Shown here: in pieces, positions 25,590-48,960 of the stretch
Numbering within the stretch: position 1 is the stretch's first letter
Layout of the letters: the number at the start of each line of letters is the position of its first letter
Assembly: GCF_009914755.1 (NCBI RefSeq)
Contig: NC_060931.1
Direction: 5' to 3' (one strand)
DNA: 64,000 bases
Origin: the human T2T-CHM13v2.0 reference genome, Homo sapiens
Translations under genes and position numbers: made by a program
Notes under the pieces: model-generated
What the model saw: the letters and a program-made list of their open reading frames with translations, nothing else
Told to the model about the DNA's origin: nothing
Database searches by the model: none

Positions 25590-26846
25590 CGACCAAAACA
25601 TTTTTTTTTGCTTGTCTGTATATATCAGGTTTTGTAAATAATGAGTATTCCATTATTTTCTAACTGGAAAAAAAATTTAAGGGAAAAAAATCACCCGTAA
25701 GTTTTATTTCTTAACTGAGGTCAAAGGATACCTTATCGTTTTACTAGAATTGATTGGATGTTTCCTGTAAGTCCCAGATGAGTTGCCTGGAGAGAGGAAT
25801 GACCTCTGAGGGCATGACATTGAACCCAGGAATAGGAAGCGGACCGCCAAGAAGGATAGAGGGAAACTACTCACATCTGCAAAGTATTTTCGTTTTGCTT
25901 TTCTGAGACGAAACTGGTTTGCATCCAGAGCCTTAAGAAAGAACACTAATAGTTCTGTGAGCTTTGTAAGTAAGCTTTGTACCTCTCTGTCCTTTTTAGG
26001 GTACCTGGACCTAGAATAAAACCTAGCGCCGAGGCACAATTTACAGAATCCTAACTGTCCCAGCAGCAGAGATCATTTTTACTCTGTCTTCCCTGACATA
26101 AGTGGGACCAATTGAATTGTGCATTCTTTATGCCCAGGTTGCTCAACCAAGCTCCTATTTATTGGAATGCAGTGCTCCAACAGGAGCGATGTGTGGCCCC
26201 TCGGAGCTCCCTCCTGGAAGCAGTGCTGGTGGTGGTTACTGTCTAGGGACAGGTCTGTCTGCCCAGGAGAGAAGGAATTGAGTCTCACGCAGCTGATCCC
26301 CCATGTTTCTTCCTGTGTTTACAGGATATGCTGTCTGTAGCTGTGATGTCCAATCTGGGTGTGCCGACTCTCCTGCCTTCCACCGTAACAGCTGTCACCA
26401 CCACCACATAGCCTTTCAAATGATGGCACTCTCTTTTGGTGGTACCCTTGCTCTCTTTTTATACTTAGAAGCAGCAGAATGATCTGAGTGTTGTGTTTAA
26501 CTGGTACACATTAGTCCCATGATAGGTGTTATTTTTATTAAAAAACGTTCATGTGTGATTTTTAACTAAACTTTAAAATTTGGAACAATTAATGACTTCA
26601 AATCCATAGGAAGCTGTAAATACAGTACAGACAGGTCCTGTGTACTCTTCTAGTTTGCCTAATGGTTACATGTTACATAACTATAATGTAATGTCAAAAC
26701 CAGGAAATTGATATTTGTGCAATGTATGTGTATAGTGTCATGCACATTTCATCTCATACGTAGATTCCTGTAGCCACCACCATAGTCAAGATACAGAACT
26801 ATTCCATTACCCCAAAGACTTCCCTTATGACTCTGTAGTCACATCC

Positions 26847-27845
26847 TGTGTCAGCAGTCCCCAGGGCTGCCCCCAGGTTTCGTAATTCGTTCGAGGCTCT
26901 CACAGGACATATTTATTCCTTGCTATGGTTTGTTACAGTGAGGGGATACAAAGTAGGATTAATAAAGGTTAGTTGTGCATTGAGCAGATTCTACAGGACA
27001 CCAGCATTGTTAAGATTCGAAGCGTCTTCTCCCAGCAGAGTTGCCCAGGATGTGCTTACTTCCCCAGCCGTAAACTCTAGCAACATGTGTGAAGTGTTTT
27101 TTATTGTGAAAGCTCATGTACACCTCAGAATCCAGGGCTTTTACTGGAGGTTGGTCACATAGTATATTAGTTCGTTCATTCTCACGTAGCTATAAAGATA
27201 TACCTGAGATTGAGTAATTTATAAAGAAAGGAGGTTTAATTGGCTCACAGTTCTACAGGCTGTACAGGAAACATTGCAGCTTCTGCTTCTAGGGTGGCCT
27301 CAGGAAGCTTCCAGTAATAGTGGAGAGCAAAGGGGGAGCAAAGTGTCTCCCCTAGTGGGAGCAGGAGCAAGAGAGAAGGTGCTATACACGTTTAAACAAC
27401 CAGATCTCACAAGCACAGAACCACAGGGGATGGTGCGAAACCATTCATGATTAACTGCCCCATGATCAGATCACCTTTCACAGGCCCCACTTCCAACATT
27501 GGGGATTACAATTCAGCATGACATTTGGGTGGGGACACAGTTCCAAACCATATCACATAGGCATATAGTCCCTTTAAAACTGATCACCGTTACAGCAACT
27601 CCAGAAGGAAATCAGGTGTTTACCATAAATCATACAGTTTGCACAAAATATCTAGACAAGCTGGACAGTGTGGTTCAGTACCGTAACCATACAAAACACC
27701 CTTATCATATAGAGCATAGGGCTAGTACAAGACCTCAGTTTCTAGGAGCTGACCAAGGGCCAGTCTAACCCAGCTGACCAAGCAGGCCCGTCTGAGAATG
27801 TGCATCATTTGAGCAACTCAGGCCTGCTGGGTTAACTGCTTACAC
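26847..27845. mobile_element. MER77/MER68-like LTR interrupted by an MSTA LTR, within an old L1M 3' end (about 26560-28110)
   Basis: cccccaggtttcgtaattcg...ctcacaggac start and tttgagcaactcaggcctgctgggttaac end; L1M-like sequence resumes on both sides. Confidence 0.6.
27163..27555 (-). mobile_element. MSTA-type MaLR solo LTR
   Basis: tattagt...ataaagaaaggaggtttaattggctcacagttc...ggggacacagttccaaaccatatca, with perfect 5-bp TSD CATAG (27158-62, 27556-60). Confidence 0.9.
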
Positions 27846-28122
27846 CATTTTCCTTCCCCTCCTCTTCCTTGCCTTCGACACTCTTAACCTGGAAAAAGCA
27901 CTAATTTGTCCTCCATATCTGTGGTTTTGTCATTTGGAAAGGTTGTAGAAATCCTAGAGTATGTGACCTTTTAAGATGCACTTTTTAGAAAACTCAACAT
28001 GTTGCTCTTGTGTTAATAGTTTGTTCTTTTTAGTGTTCGGTATTCTCTTGTGTGGTCATGCCCCAGTTTATTTAACCATCCCATAGATGTTTATTTTCCC
28101 TTGTAAAGTTGGTTAGCATGTA

Positions 28123-30840
<2,718 letters not shown>

Positions 30841-31184
30841 GTCCACAGCACTCATTTATTATCTGAAAGTTCTGTAGATTAGAGGTTCAAGCAGGCTCCG
30901 CTGGGTATTCTGCTGAGGACCTCAGGAGGTCAGAATTAAGCATCGGCCAGCCTGGGTTTTTATTTGGAGGTGATAGAGAGAGTCTCCTTCCAGATGCACT
31001 CGTGTTGGCAGAATTCATTTTCATGTGGTGAAGGTCTGAGGTCCTCATTTCTTTGTTGGCTGTCAGCCAGAAGTCATTCTCAGCTTCTAGAAGCCACTCA
31101 AATTTCTTGGCTATTAGTCTCCTCCAGCTTCAAAACCATCAATAGTGCTTTGACTCTCTCTAACTTCACATTCTGTCTCTTCTG

Positions 31185-32620
31185 TTTTTTAAAAAGACAG
31201 CTTTATTGAGGTATAATTCACATACCATAGAATTCTCCCTTTTGAAGTGCACACTTAAGTGACAGCCATTACCACAGCCAACTTTAGAACATTTTCATCA
31301 TCTCAAAAAGGAACCCATGCCCTTTCTCTTATCCCTCTTAGTGCTCAGTGACCACTACTCTATTTTCTGTCTCTAGATTTCCCTGGTATGGATGTTCAGA
31401 TGAATGGAATCATATAATGTGTGGTCTTCTATAACTGGCATCTCTCACTTAGCATGTTTTCAGGGTTCACCATGTTGTAGCATATATCAGCACTTCATTC
31501 CTTTTTATGACCAAGTAATATTCCATTTTATGGATATACCACATTTTGTTTATTAATTCATCAGTTGATGTACATTTGGGTTGTTTCTGCTCTTGGACTA
31601 TTATGGATAATGCTGATATAAACATTCACGTACAAGTTTCTCTGTGGACACATGTTTTTATTTCTCTTAGTCTAGGAGTGAAATTGCTGGTTTCTATGGT
31701 AATATTGTTTAATCATTTGAGAAACTGCCAGACTTCTCCACAATGGCTGTACCATTTTACATTCCTACAAACAGTATATGAGGGTTCCAGTTTCCCCACA
31801 TTCTTGGCAACACTTGTTATTTCTGACTTTTTGGTTCTAGTCATCCTACTGGATGTGAAGTGGCATCTCATTGTGGTTTCGTTTTGCACTTCCTTGATGA
31901 CTGATGATGTGGAACATCTTTTCATATACTCACGACTGTTTGCATATCTTTCTGGAGAAATGTCCATTCAGATCTTTTACCTGCTAAAAAAAATTGTTAA
32001 TTTTTATTGAGTTGTAAGAATTTTTTATATATTCTGGATACAAGTTCCTTATTACATAAATGACTTGCAAATTTTTCTCTTATTCTGTGGGTTCTGTTTT
32101 CATTTGATAAGGTCCTCTGAAGCACAAACATTAAAATTTTGTTGGAGTACAATTTATCTGTCTTTTGTTGCTCCTGCTTTTGGTGCCATATCTAAACATC
32201 CTTTGTCAAATCCAATATCATGAAAATTTTACCTCTACATTTTCTTCTGAGAGCTTTAGTTTTAGCTTTTACATTTAGGTCTTTGATTGATTCTGAGTTA
32301 GTTTTTGTACGTGGTATGAAGTAAGCATCTAACATCTAACATCGTTCTTTTGCATGTGGCTATCCAATTTTCCCGGCACTATTTGGTGAAAAGACTCTTC
32401 TTTTCTCCATTGAGTAGTCTTGGTACTTTTATGGAAAATCAGTTGACAGAAGACGTATGGGTTTATTTCTGGAATCTCAATTCTATTCCGTTGATTTCTA
32501 TGACTTTCCTTGTGCCAGTACCGCGCTGTAGTAATTACCATGGCTTTGTAGTAAGTTTTGAAATTAGGAAATGTCAGTTTTCTTACATTCTTTTTCAGTA
32601 TTGTTTTGGCCATTCTGGGC
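31185..32620 (-). mobile_element. L1MB-like 3' fragment (~1.4 kb) inserted in an MLT1-like LTR (about 30850-31185 and 32620-32780)
   Basis: 3' end cagctttattgaggtataattcacatac; minus ORFs AKTILKK...FPNFKTYYKA...WHK...EINP...QLIF and MKRCSTS...E.Q..TTMRCHFT match the L1 ORF2 C-terminus. Confidence 0.88.
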
Positions 32621-33794
32621 CCTTGTTATCTTCTGCATTTTAGAGTTCATGTGCTTTCATTGGGCCCATCTAGATATCTAGCATAGTCTCCTTATTTTAA
32701 TGATTAGTCAACTTAATTATATCTGCAAAGTCCTTTTTGCAGTGTAAGGTGACATAATCACAGGTGTAGCACCAGAGAGTGAAGGTCATGGGTGCACAGG
32801 TCCTATGAGGCTTAGTTGGGTGAAAAGGTGGAGAATGATAGGAGCAGAGAGGTTGGAGAGGGAGATAGGAAAGGGAGTTTCAGAAATATTACATAGTTTG
32901 CCTAAAGTTACATTTCCAGTACGTGGCAGAGCTGGGGTTGGAGTGCAGATAGGACTGATCTCTGTGATTTCATGGTCCACACCAAATCAGTCTTCTTAGA
33001 CTCAGAGCTATTGTTATTGTTTCTGTCTAATACATAGTGAGCTTTTATTGTATGCCAAGTAATCCACAGAGCACTCCTTTATGTTTTTCTAGCTCTTAAA
33101 GAGCATCTGTACAAGTCTTTTGGCATAGATAATAGGCTCTACTGGAACCAGCTTAAGAAAAAACGACAAAAGTAGTTAGGGGACCAGGGTGTATGACTCA
33201 GAATCTGAGGATGGGCATGCATGTAAACCTTAGCCAGGGATTGGAACTGGGAGATTGAAATCATTCAGGACGTACAGGACCTTCTACTTTTCTCTGCTTC
33301 TTGGGGTATGTCTATTTCATTCTGTAGACTGTCCTGATACTCAGACCACTTGATAGAAGGATCATGTCACACAGCTCCATCATTCAAGAGAACAGCCCCG
33401 ACTTAGTCCCATTTCCAAAACTCGAAGCAAAAGACTCTAACACAGTTGGAGGCAATCAGCTGTGATCCTGAATTGGGGGACCATTCACCTTATACAAATA
33501 TAGCTGCTGCCAGCTTATCTTTGTGGATTGAGAGGACAGTTTCCTGATAACACGGGAGGTTATGTGCTAGGCAGACTTCCCAAACTATGTTCATTTTAGT
33601 AACATTGAGTAGTACTATCATACTTATAGTACAAAATTTAAAAAAACTTAATTGATCTATACTTAAAAATAGGTATCTTCCTTTTGCCCATTTCTCTTGG
33701 AAGGGAAGAAAAGGGACATCAGGATGATAATGGCAAGATTAGCTCAGACTTTCAAAATAATTTGAAACCCAGGACTTGGCATACTAAGTATAGG

Positions 33795-35068
<1,274 letters not shown>

Positions 35069-35215
35069 TAGATTTATGTAAACACCTCCACAATCAGAAT
35101 ACAGAACAGTTTCATCACCCCAAAAAACTTTCTCGTGCTAATCCTTTATAGTCACATTCTTTCCTACCCCTAGTTCCTAAATGGAATCATATAGTATGTA
35201 AACTTTTAAGATGGC

Positions 35216-35574
35216 TGCTATGGTCTGAATCTTTGTCTGTCCCCCAAATTCATATGTTGAAATTCTAAACCACAAGGTGTTGCTACTAGGAGGTGGAGCC
35301 TTTGGGAGGTGATTAGTTCATGAAAGTGGAGACCTCATGACTGGGGCTTGTAAGTGCCCTTATAAGAGACTGCAGAGAGCCTAGCCTGTCTCCCCCTCCC
35401 ACCATGTGAGGACACAGGGAGAAGGTATCTTCATTGAACCACCAGACACCAACATCTGTTGACTTCCTGATCTTGAACTTGCCAGCTTCCTGCACTGTGA
35501 GAAATAAATTTCTGTTTTTTATAACCTACCCAGTTTATGGTATTTTGTTACTGCAGCCAGAAGGAACTAAGATG
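35216..35574 (+). mobile_element. MLT1A-type MaLR solo LTR inside an antisense L1M (about 34990-36230)
   Basis: TGCTATGGTCTGAAT...cccccaaattcatatgttgaaa...gtgagaaataaatttctgtt...aactaaga, TSD atggc/ctggc. Confidence 0.85.
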
Positions 35575-38153
35575 CTGGCTTCTATCAGCATAAAGCCTTT
35601 GAGATTCATCAAAGTTGTTGGGTGTACTGATACCTGTTGTTGTTGTTTTCCTGAGTAGCATTCTGTTGTATGGGTGCACCATAGTTTGTTTATTCATTCA
35701 CCCATTGAAGGATATTTTAGTTGTCATTTTTTGTCATCACAAATATTGCTACTATAACCGTTTGCGTATAGAATTTTGTAAATAGCAATTTTTATTTCTC
35801 TAGAGGAAATACCCAGGAGAGGGATTGCAAGCAAACGTTTCAAACCTTTGATGTGAAGGGAGACATTATATTTACTGTACTGGACAGTTAACAAATTGTC
35901 TTCTGCTGTGGAAGGAGCTGTCGTCTTTCTCTTGTAAGGATGTTCAATATACAAACATCCTTGACTGCACAGTATGTAGCAAAGGCCTCTCATGGAAATG
36001 TGGGACACCAGTGTATATATCTTCTTTGTTAAAGTGTCTGTTGAGGTTTTTTGCTCATTTTTAAATTGGGTGGTTTGTTTTCTGACATCTGAGTTTTGAG
36101 AGTTCTTTATACATTCTGGGTATGTAAGTTCTTTGCCAAATATGTGATTTGCTGCAAGTAGTTTCTCCCATTCTGTAGCTTGTCTTTTTGTTTTCTAAAC
36201 AGTTATTCCCAGAGCAAAATGTTTTGTTTTGTTGCCAGATTTGGGATGCAGGTTCTGTGGGCTGTGGCTTTAATGTCAGTTCATTGTTCAGAGTTTTGTA
36301 GTGCTGTTTCCATCTGTTTCATGTATGTGCTGATCTGAGACCTGCATAGTGGTCTCTCCATTAGTTCCAATTTGGAAGCCTTTGGTACGGAATAGCGTCA
36401 GATCCATGCATATGCAGCCTAGGGGTAAGCCTAGAAATTGCTTTCTTGAGTTCTCCTCAGCAATTTTTCCCACACTTTTTGTTCTCAAAGGGCTCATATT
36501 TTCTTTCTTTTGTCCAGAAAACTGTGGATTTAGTTACTCCACTCTGCCATGTCTTTCCACCACTGCCTGCACATTTGAGACCAAGGATAGAGATTGGGAA
36601 AAATTGATAGTTCTCCTGCCTCAGAGTTTGGCTCCTGCACTCTCATTTCAGCCATAGCTGCAGACAAAGCACACGATTGCTGGGCACTGTGGCTCAAGAG
36701 AAGGAGGAGATGGTAAGTGGGGGGATCCCCATATTCTCTCTGGCTGTTAGGAGTTCCCTTTCACATGGCTGGAGCCCAAACTAGAGGAGCTTTCTCTGTG
36801 CTGTGGGGCCCATTTCCAGGTTGGCTGGTGGTATTGGTTGGAAGAAAGTGGTAATCTCTTAGACAGCTGGGTGATACTTCCAATTCTGGTCTTCCCCACT
36901 TCTCCATTTTGCTTTTCAGAATCCTCAAAAATAGTGCACAGTGCATACTGTCCAGATTTGATAGCTGGATGAAATCTGTGAGGCCTCTCTCCCCAGCAAC
37001 TGCAGTCGCTGTGCTCAGTTTTTCTTCCTTGTTTTCATTTATGCCTGACTTCCTTCTAGCTGTCACCCGTGTGTCTGCACACCTTAATGTTCAGCCAAAG
37101 ATTGTTGTTTCAGACAAAGATTGAGATTGCGCTCAAACATCTCAATCTTTAGTTAGGCTTCCACTCTGATCAGCAGAGCATGTGCATACACAGAGGAGAC
37201 ACAGGAGAACCTTGTAAAAATAAGAGTGAGGTTAGAGGGGAGGGCTTGAAATTTGAGTTCATTCCTTGGCCTGGACGTAGATGCATTGCAGAAAGTGGAA
37301 GTTTTGTCCATCTTTACAGTTGCTTTTGCAGGAGAGGATTTATTTTCCTTCTCACTTAGTCATGCTAGAAGACAGAACTCTACATCTCAAGTTTTATGTC
37401 TTAAGATAGAGATCTTATCATGCTTTCCCCTTTTCAGGAGCTTTCAGTGGTGACTTTCAATCCAGACTCTGTAGCTTAGAGTTTTAAAAAGCCATCATGA
37501 TTTGACTTCCCACCTAAGTTGTTTAGTTTACCTTCTGTCTGTGCTACATCATTCATATTTTACACTTGCCTTCTTGCTTCTGAGCTTTTTGTGAAAGGCA
37601 TCCTTCCTGTCCAGAATGCCCTCCCTCTTTCTGTCATCCTTCCAAGACCCTTTCAACACAAGGCTCTTTAAGGTCTATCGCCAGCATCCCCAAGTGGTCT
37701 CTCTATACTCCGTAAGTGAGAATTCCTATGTCTGTTGCTCCCTAACAGTTTCCTAACACTTTCTCTTTTTCTGCGTTTTTCAGTCTGCCTGTACTTTTGG
37801 TTATGAGCTTCATGAGGGTAAGGACATGTTCTATGAGTTGCATCACCAGTGCCATCTAGCTCAATTCTCTGCACACAGTTGGCACTTAGTAAATGTTTGA
37901 GTTAAATTAATAAGATCCCCAAGATATAGGGCTTAATTTTATCTGCACATGTGAGTCTTCTTGAATGAATGGTGTGGAGTGCTGCTTTTTTTCTGTGCTT
38001 GTTTGGCAGTTTGTTTATATGGAGAAGAATGAAGACCATGTGGTTTCAGTTTGAACGGAAATTGTTGCATAGCGATTTACCATACAGCTGTGAGACTGAA
38101 CAAATGAGTTTAAATATTATACAGTAGAAAAGAAAACTGACTTTGGAACTTAA

Positions 38154-39300
<1,147 letters not shown>

Positions 39301-39586
39301 TAATGTTAGTCCTTTCTTAATTTTTTATTTTTTATTTTTTATTTTGGGCAGGGAATAAGTCTTTCTTTAATATGGCTGTGTCAGGAATTTACTATATTTA
39401 ACATTCTTTTTTCTTCCTTCCTCCTCTTTCTCCCTCCCTCCTTCATTCCCTCCATCCCTCTCTTAACAGCTTGAAGATAATGGAATCACTCACTTTTTGT
39501 TCATAATTGGTAAGATTTTATTTAGTAGAATGATAATTCATTTTCAACAGCACTTTCTTGTTTGTTCAGTGGTTAGCAGGAAGAAG

Positions 39587-39765
39587 ATGAGCCTTAAGTC
39601 TGAACGCCGAGGAATTCATGTGGATCAATCGGATCTCCTGTGCAAGAAAGGATGTGGTTACTACGGCAACCCTGCCTGGCAGGGTTTCTGCTCCAAGTGC
39701 TGGAGGGAAGAGTACCACAAAGCCAGGCAGAAGCAGATTCAGGAGGACTGGGAGCTGGCGGAGCG
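39587..39765 (+). CDS. RABGEF1: Rabex-5 exon 2 coding part (exon 39570-39765): A20-type zinc finger and first half of the MIU, aa 1-60
   Basis: [60 protein letters not shown] matches the Rabex-5 N-terminus (CxxxC...CxxC). Acceptor tttgttcag at 39568-69, donor CG|GTAAAA, phase 2. Confidence 0.98.
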
Positions 39766-40306
39766 GTAAAAGGACTTAACTAGGGGCGGTTGAACAGTGA
39801 CGTGACTGGATACATAGTTCTGTCACCGTCTAAATACATTTTTTCACTTCTGCTTTGAGCTATCAGCAAGTCAGTTTAATATTAAGGAAAAGGATGTTTT
39901 CCTCTCTTCTTCTCAGTCAGCTTTTAATGAACAGCTTTCAGTAGTTTCTTCATTTTGTGTTTGTCTTCTGATTATTTTCTTTGGGTTGTGTTAGTTTTAG
40001 TTCTCAAATGTAGACAATAAGCTCCTTGGAGTGGAAGAATGGAGATAGGCATATTTCCTGGTGAAGATTAAATGAGCTAATAAATTTGACGTACCCACTG
40101 CAGGGCTTGGAAATGGCACTCATCAAGCATTATTTCCCTCATTCTTTTAATATATATTTAGCATGGCATCTAGCTCAGTGATAAAACACAGTAGTAGAAA
40201 TCTGTTGACTTGTATACATAGTCATTGCATTGTAGAAATTTAACTTATATTTAAAAATTAGGTTAGCATTTGGTATTATCCGGAAATATAATGATGTTAA
40301 AAATTA

Positions 40307-40706
<400 letters not shown>

Positions 40707-41169
40707 CTAAAACTGCTTCAACAGAAGAAAGTCAAATGGAATTCTGCCAACTCCTCTAGCTAGTTGTTTTTTTTTTTTTTTTATCCAGTCAGCCAATATT
40801 TGTTGAGTGACTCCTTTGCTGTCATTTGTAGTGAACTCAGAGAATTAGAAATTACACATTGCTTTCAGTGACTGTGTTCAATCAAAGAGAGAAAATTTTA
40901 GCCGAGAACATGAATGATCTCCTCAGGGTTTCCACTGCATGCCTGATGCTGTCAGTAGCAGATCCTGTTTCAAAAACAGAGTAGAGGCCACTAGGCACAA
41001 ACTCCCTCAGCTTCCTCCCCTCACCACATAAAAATGTCCTAGTACCTTTATATTAACTTCTTGTCTGTCCCAGAGAAAGAGGGGTCCCGATTCCACCCTC
41101 AGACTTAGCACCTCCACCTGTGATTTTTGTTTCTATTTCTTACTGCTTTTAATTGTGACCCTGCTAAAT

Positions 41170-41326
41170 CTCTCGGAAAGCTTGTAAAAGCAGTGATTGC
41201 TGGACCTTACCCACAGAGTCTCTGATTTTAGTGGCTTGGGAGTAAGACTAGAGAATTTGCATTTCTGACAAGTTGCCTGGTGATGCTGCGCTGCTGTCTG
41301 GGGAATCATACTTGGAAAATCATTGT
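41170..41326. mobile_element. MER5A-like MITE
   Basis: gagaatttgcatttctgacaagttgcctggtgatgctg...cttggaaaatcattg. Confidence 0.75.
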
Positions 41327-41337
41327 CTTTTAGATAG

Positions 41338-41766
<429 letters not shown>

Positions 41767-42286
41767 TCAATTAATGGCATCACTACTTACCAAGTTAGCT
41801 AAAAAACCTTGGTTTCATTCTTGATTTCTCTTTTATCTCCCATGCTAGCTACAACTTGACCAAGTTCTATTTCTTCCAACTCAGAAAAGTCTTTTGAATT
41901 TTACCTTTTGTACTCCTATTTTCCAGGTGCTTATTTTCTTTTACTTAAACCTTTATAATATACTCTTACTTCTTGTTCCTGTCTCTAGTTTCTCTACCCT
42001 TCAAGTTGTTCACACAGCTACCTGCATGATCTTTCTAAAGTACAGATCTGACAGCGATAACTCCTTGGATTTACAGTCTTTCTTGCTTCCCTACCACATG
42101 ATGAAATCCAGAATAGTGGGCTCAGCAATCAAGATTCCCTACCCTCTGGAGCCTTCCTGTATATCCAGCATCACAGTTCATCACACGCCCAGTGCTCTGG
42201 CTACATTCAGCTTGTTGTGAAGCAAACCACAGGCTTGCACATTTGTAGTTCCTTCTTTCTGGAATGTCCTTTCACTTAGAATCCTA

Positions 42287-42471
<185 letters not shown>

Positions 42472-42912
42472 TTATCCTTTAAGACCTCACCCAAACATCA
42501 CCGTTGTAAAGCCTCGTCAGACTCCCCCAGCAGATTGAGTTGTTCTTTCCTGTGTTCTCACAGCACTCAACTTTTACTCTCTGATGTAGCAGCTGTCCCA
42601 TTCTGTAGCAGTTGTTTACTTACCTTTTTGTCTGTTCCAGCCTTGAGCTTGTTAGGGAAAAGGATTAGACTTGATTTCTTTCATGTAACCCTAGAGCAGT
42701 AGCTGAGTGAGTATGAGAAGACCCCATTTGAAATCTGTAGTGCATGAAGAGCCGTCCATCCTGTAGCAATGTGAGACCTCAGACTGATTTGGCATATTTA
42801 GTCTCTAGGTCTAAAATCTTTAGATCCTCCTGAATTAATGGAGTAATAACCTTCACATACAGAGAAACCTTGGAGAATATCTAGGTCATTCTAATCCTCT
42901 CTTGAATTGCAG

Positions 42913-43079
42913 ACTCCAGCGGGAGGAAGAAGAGGCCTTTGCCAGCAGTCAGAGCAGCCAAGGGGCCCAATCCCTCACATTCTCCAAGTTTGAAGAAAAG
43001 AAAACCAACGAGAAGACCCGCAAGGTTACCACAGTGAAGAAATTCTTCAGTGCATCTTCCAGGGTCGGATCAAAGAAGG
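42913..43079 (+). CDS. RABGEF1: Rabex-5 exon 3 (rest of MIU and linker)
   Basis: Acceptor ttgcag|A completes Arg60, then LQREEEEAFASSQSSQGAQSLTFSKFEEKKTNEKTRKVTTVKKFFSASSRVGSKK. Donor G|GTAATG, 167 nt, phase 1. Confidence 0.97.
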
Positions 43080-44095
43080 GTAATGTTCTGATACTCTTTT
43101 TTTTCTTCTCTGCCTGAGTGAGACACAGAGGAGATCCCCAATGCTCATAAGCTCAGCTTTGTAATTTCTGTCAACTTTTTGAGAACATCAGCTCAGATTT
43201 GACACTGAAATTGGGCTTGAGGGTCAGACAGTATATGAAATCAATACTCTCTTTGGTTGAAAGACATTGTGTTTTAGAGAAATTTGTTTATAGGAGGAAT
43301 CAAGAGAATTGAAATAGGTACTTTTGCTTATGAAATTCATCCCCATCCAAATGACTATCTCTTTGGATGTTTTGGTTTTTGTGCCTTTATTTGTGGATCC
43401 TGGTTTGTTCTGTGGTATAATACCCTCACTGTTCATAGCTTGTCAGAAATGGTGATTTCTAGGCTTGATAGTCATCTGAGAGAGAGATTTTCTGCCTGAG
43501 AGCTTATTTGAGAGACAGCTTGTGTCTTGAGGAAGTGTATTGAGAACATATAGGAAAAGGCCCAAGTTGGGCTCTTGGGGGGATGAAAGTGAGCCATAGT
43601 AGCTATTTTCCAGTGCATGGATTTGTATGTAGGTGATCATATTCACCCTGCTTTTTAAAATGCCATATAACCAGCAAGAGGATTGTCACTTAAGTCACAG
43701 TTGTTCTACCATTGAGCAGACTAGCTAGTTGAAGTGGCCCAACATGAAGCAAGAAAGACTCTTTGTTGTTAGGCCTCAGTCTGTCTTTGAAAATTTATGT
43801 TGGTACTCAGAGTTATGCAGTCAAAGCGAAATAATGAGGGAGACTGGGAACCAACACTGATGCTGTCAGAAGACCTGTTCTCTGGGAGCCCCCTCACTTG
43901 CTCCCCAGTTCCTACCCTGGGGTAATTGTAATGAGGTCTCCCCTGAAGGCCGGGGAATGAATAATAAGACAGTGTTACTTCTTAAGATACTTGCTGGTCT
44001 TCTAGGTTTTGTGACTTTTGCTGTTTCCTTTTGTTTTATTAAAAGGAAATATTGCTCATAACCAAAAACACACCTCTCTTTAAGACATGGATACC

Positions 44096-47395
<3,300 letters not shown>

Positions 47396-48189
47396 TTAAG
47401 TTTAGGAGCAAGCACTTGCTGTTTGAGCCCTAGCCAAAATTATGAACTGTAACGTGGATGAGGTTGTTCTTTTCCATATTTCCTACTTCTTCACTTCTTT
47501 CATCTTACACACGGAATCCCTATTGGCTGTTCAAACATAAGTCGCCTCCTCCCTGCATACCGAACACCTGAGCTGTCTCTCACTTTCCCCTCTCTAATCC
47601 AAACTTCTGGCCTCTTAGTAGGGATTGATTTTTAGGAAGCTTGGAGAAAAACAACCAAGTGTTGATTTTAGTAACTTGTGTGATCATAACTAGCTAGTAG
47701 AGTTAATCCTCATTTACATTTTAAAAGGGTTTTTTTTGTTTTAAAGCAAAAGTGTGTCTTTGGAAAAGTATGTGTGGGAGGGAGGCATGTTGTAAGCAAA
47801 GCAATAAAGGAAATGAGTAGGATTTTCCTGTGTTTTGACTGGTGTACAGACCTCCAAAGTCAGAGGAGTTGGTGTTCTTCTGAAGAGTCTTCAGTCCTCT
47901 GGCTTACTGAGGTAGTTGTACTACCTCATAGTCAGTTGTTAATAGTCAACAGCTCAGGCTTTGGATTTAAGCGCACAGACCTGGGTTCAAATTCCATTCT
48001 TTACTATGTAAGTGACTGCAACATTATTCAAGTTACTTAACATATTCAAGCCTCAGCTTCCTCATTTGTAAATATTGTAAGTGTACAACCTGATAGACTT
48101 GTGAGGATTATACAAAATAACATTGTAAAAGTACTTAGTGCATAATAGGCATTATCTATATGTAAGTTACTAACATTATTATTTTGTCA

Positions 48190-48960
48190 GATGGAGTGTT
48201 ATGTTTTTGTTGGGTTGAGTGTTCTATCAGAGTCAGATAGGTCAAGTTGGTTGATAGCATTGTTCAAGTCTTCTGTCTTTACTGACTTTTTAAAAATCAC
48301 CTCTCTGTCAATTACTAAATGAGGAATATTGAAATCTCCAAATACTGTGAATTTGTTTCTCCTTTCAGTTCTGTCAGATTTTGTTTTATGTGTTTTGAAG
48401 CAGTGTTATTAGTATATATATATTTAGGGTTGCTGTGACTTCTCGAAGAATGAACCTCTTTTTTATGATGAGATGCCCCTTTTTTGTTCTTGGTAATATG
48501 GTCCATGTTCTTAAGTTTACTTCGTCTAACATTGGTACAACCACTTAAGCTCTTTTTCATTGTTTCAGAGTATGCTTTTCCTTTCATTAGTATTTAACAT
48601 ATTTGTATTTTTATATTTAAAGTTAATTTCTTACAGACAGCATGAAGTGGGGTCTTGTTTTTTTAACCTAATCTGATAATCTCTGACATTTTATCAGACT
48701 GTTTATAGCACGTATATTTAATGTGATTTTTGATAAGGGAAGGTTTACCCCTGCCATCTTGCTGTTTGTATTTATCCCAACTTGTCTTAGTTCCTTTTCT
48801 CTTCTTTTCTTGCCTTCTTTATGACCACATCTTTATCTCCACTATCAGCTTGTTAGCTATACCTCTTTGTTCTGTTTTGTTTTTGTTACTGGTTGTTCTG
48901 GGGTTTACAGAATACATCTTTAACTTACCTACCTTCAAGTAGTATTATATCACTTTATAG
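48190..48960 (-). mobile_element. Old L1M fragment (ORF2 endonuclease region)
   Basis: Minus ORF remnant YIYTNNTASKHIKQNLTELKGE resembles the L1 EN segment NIYAPN..ASKY.KQKLTELKGE. Confidence 0.7.
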
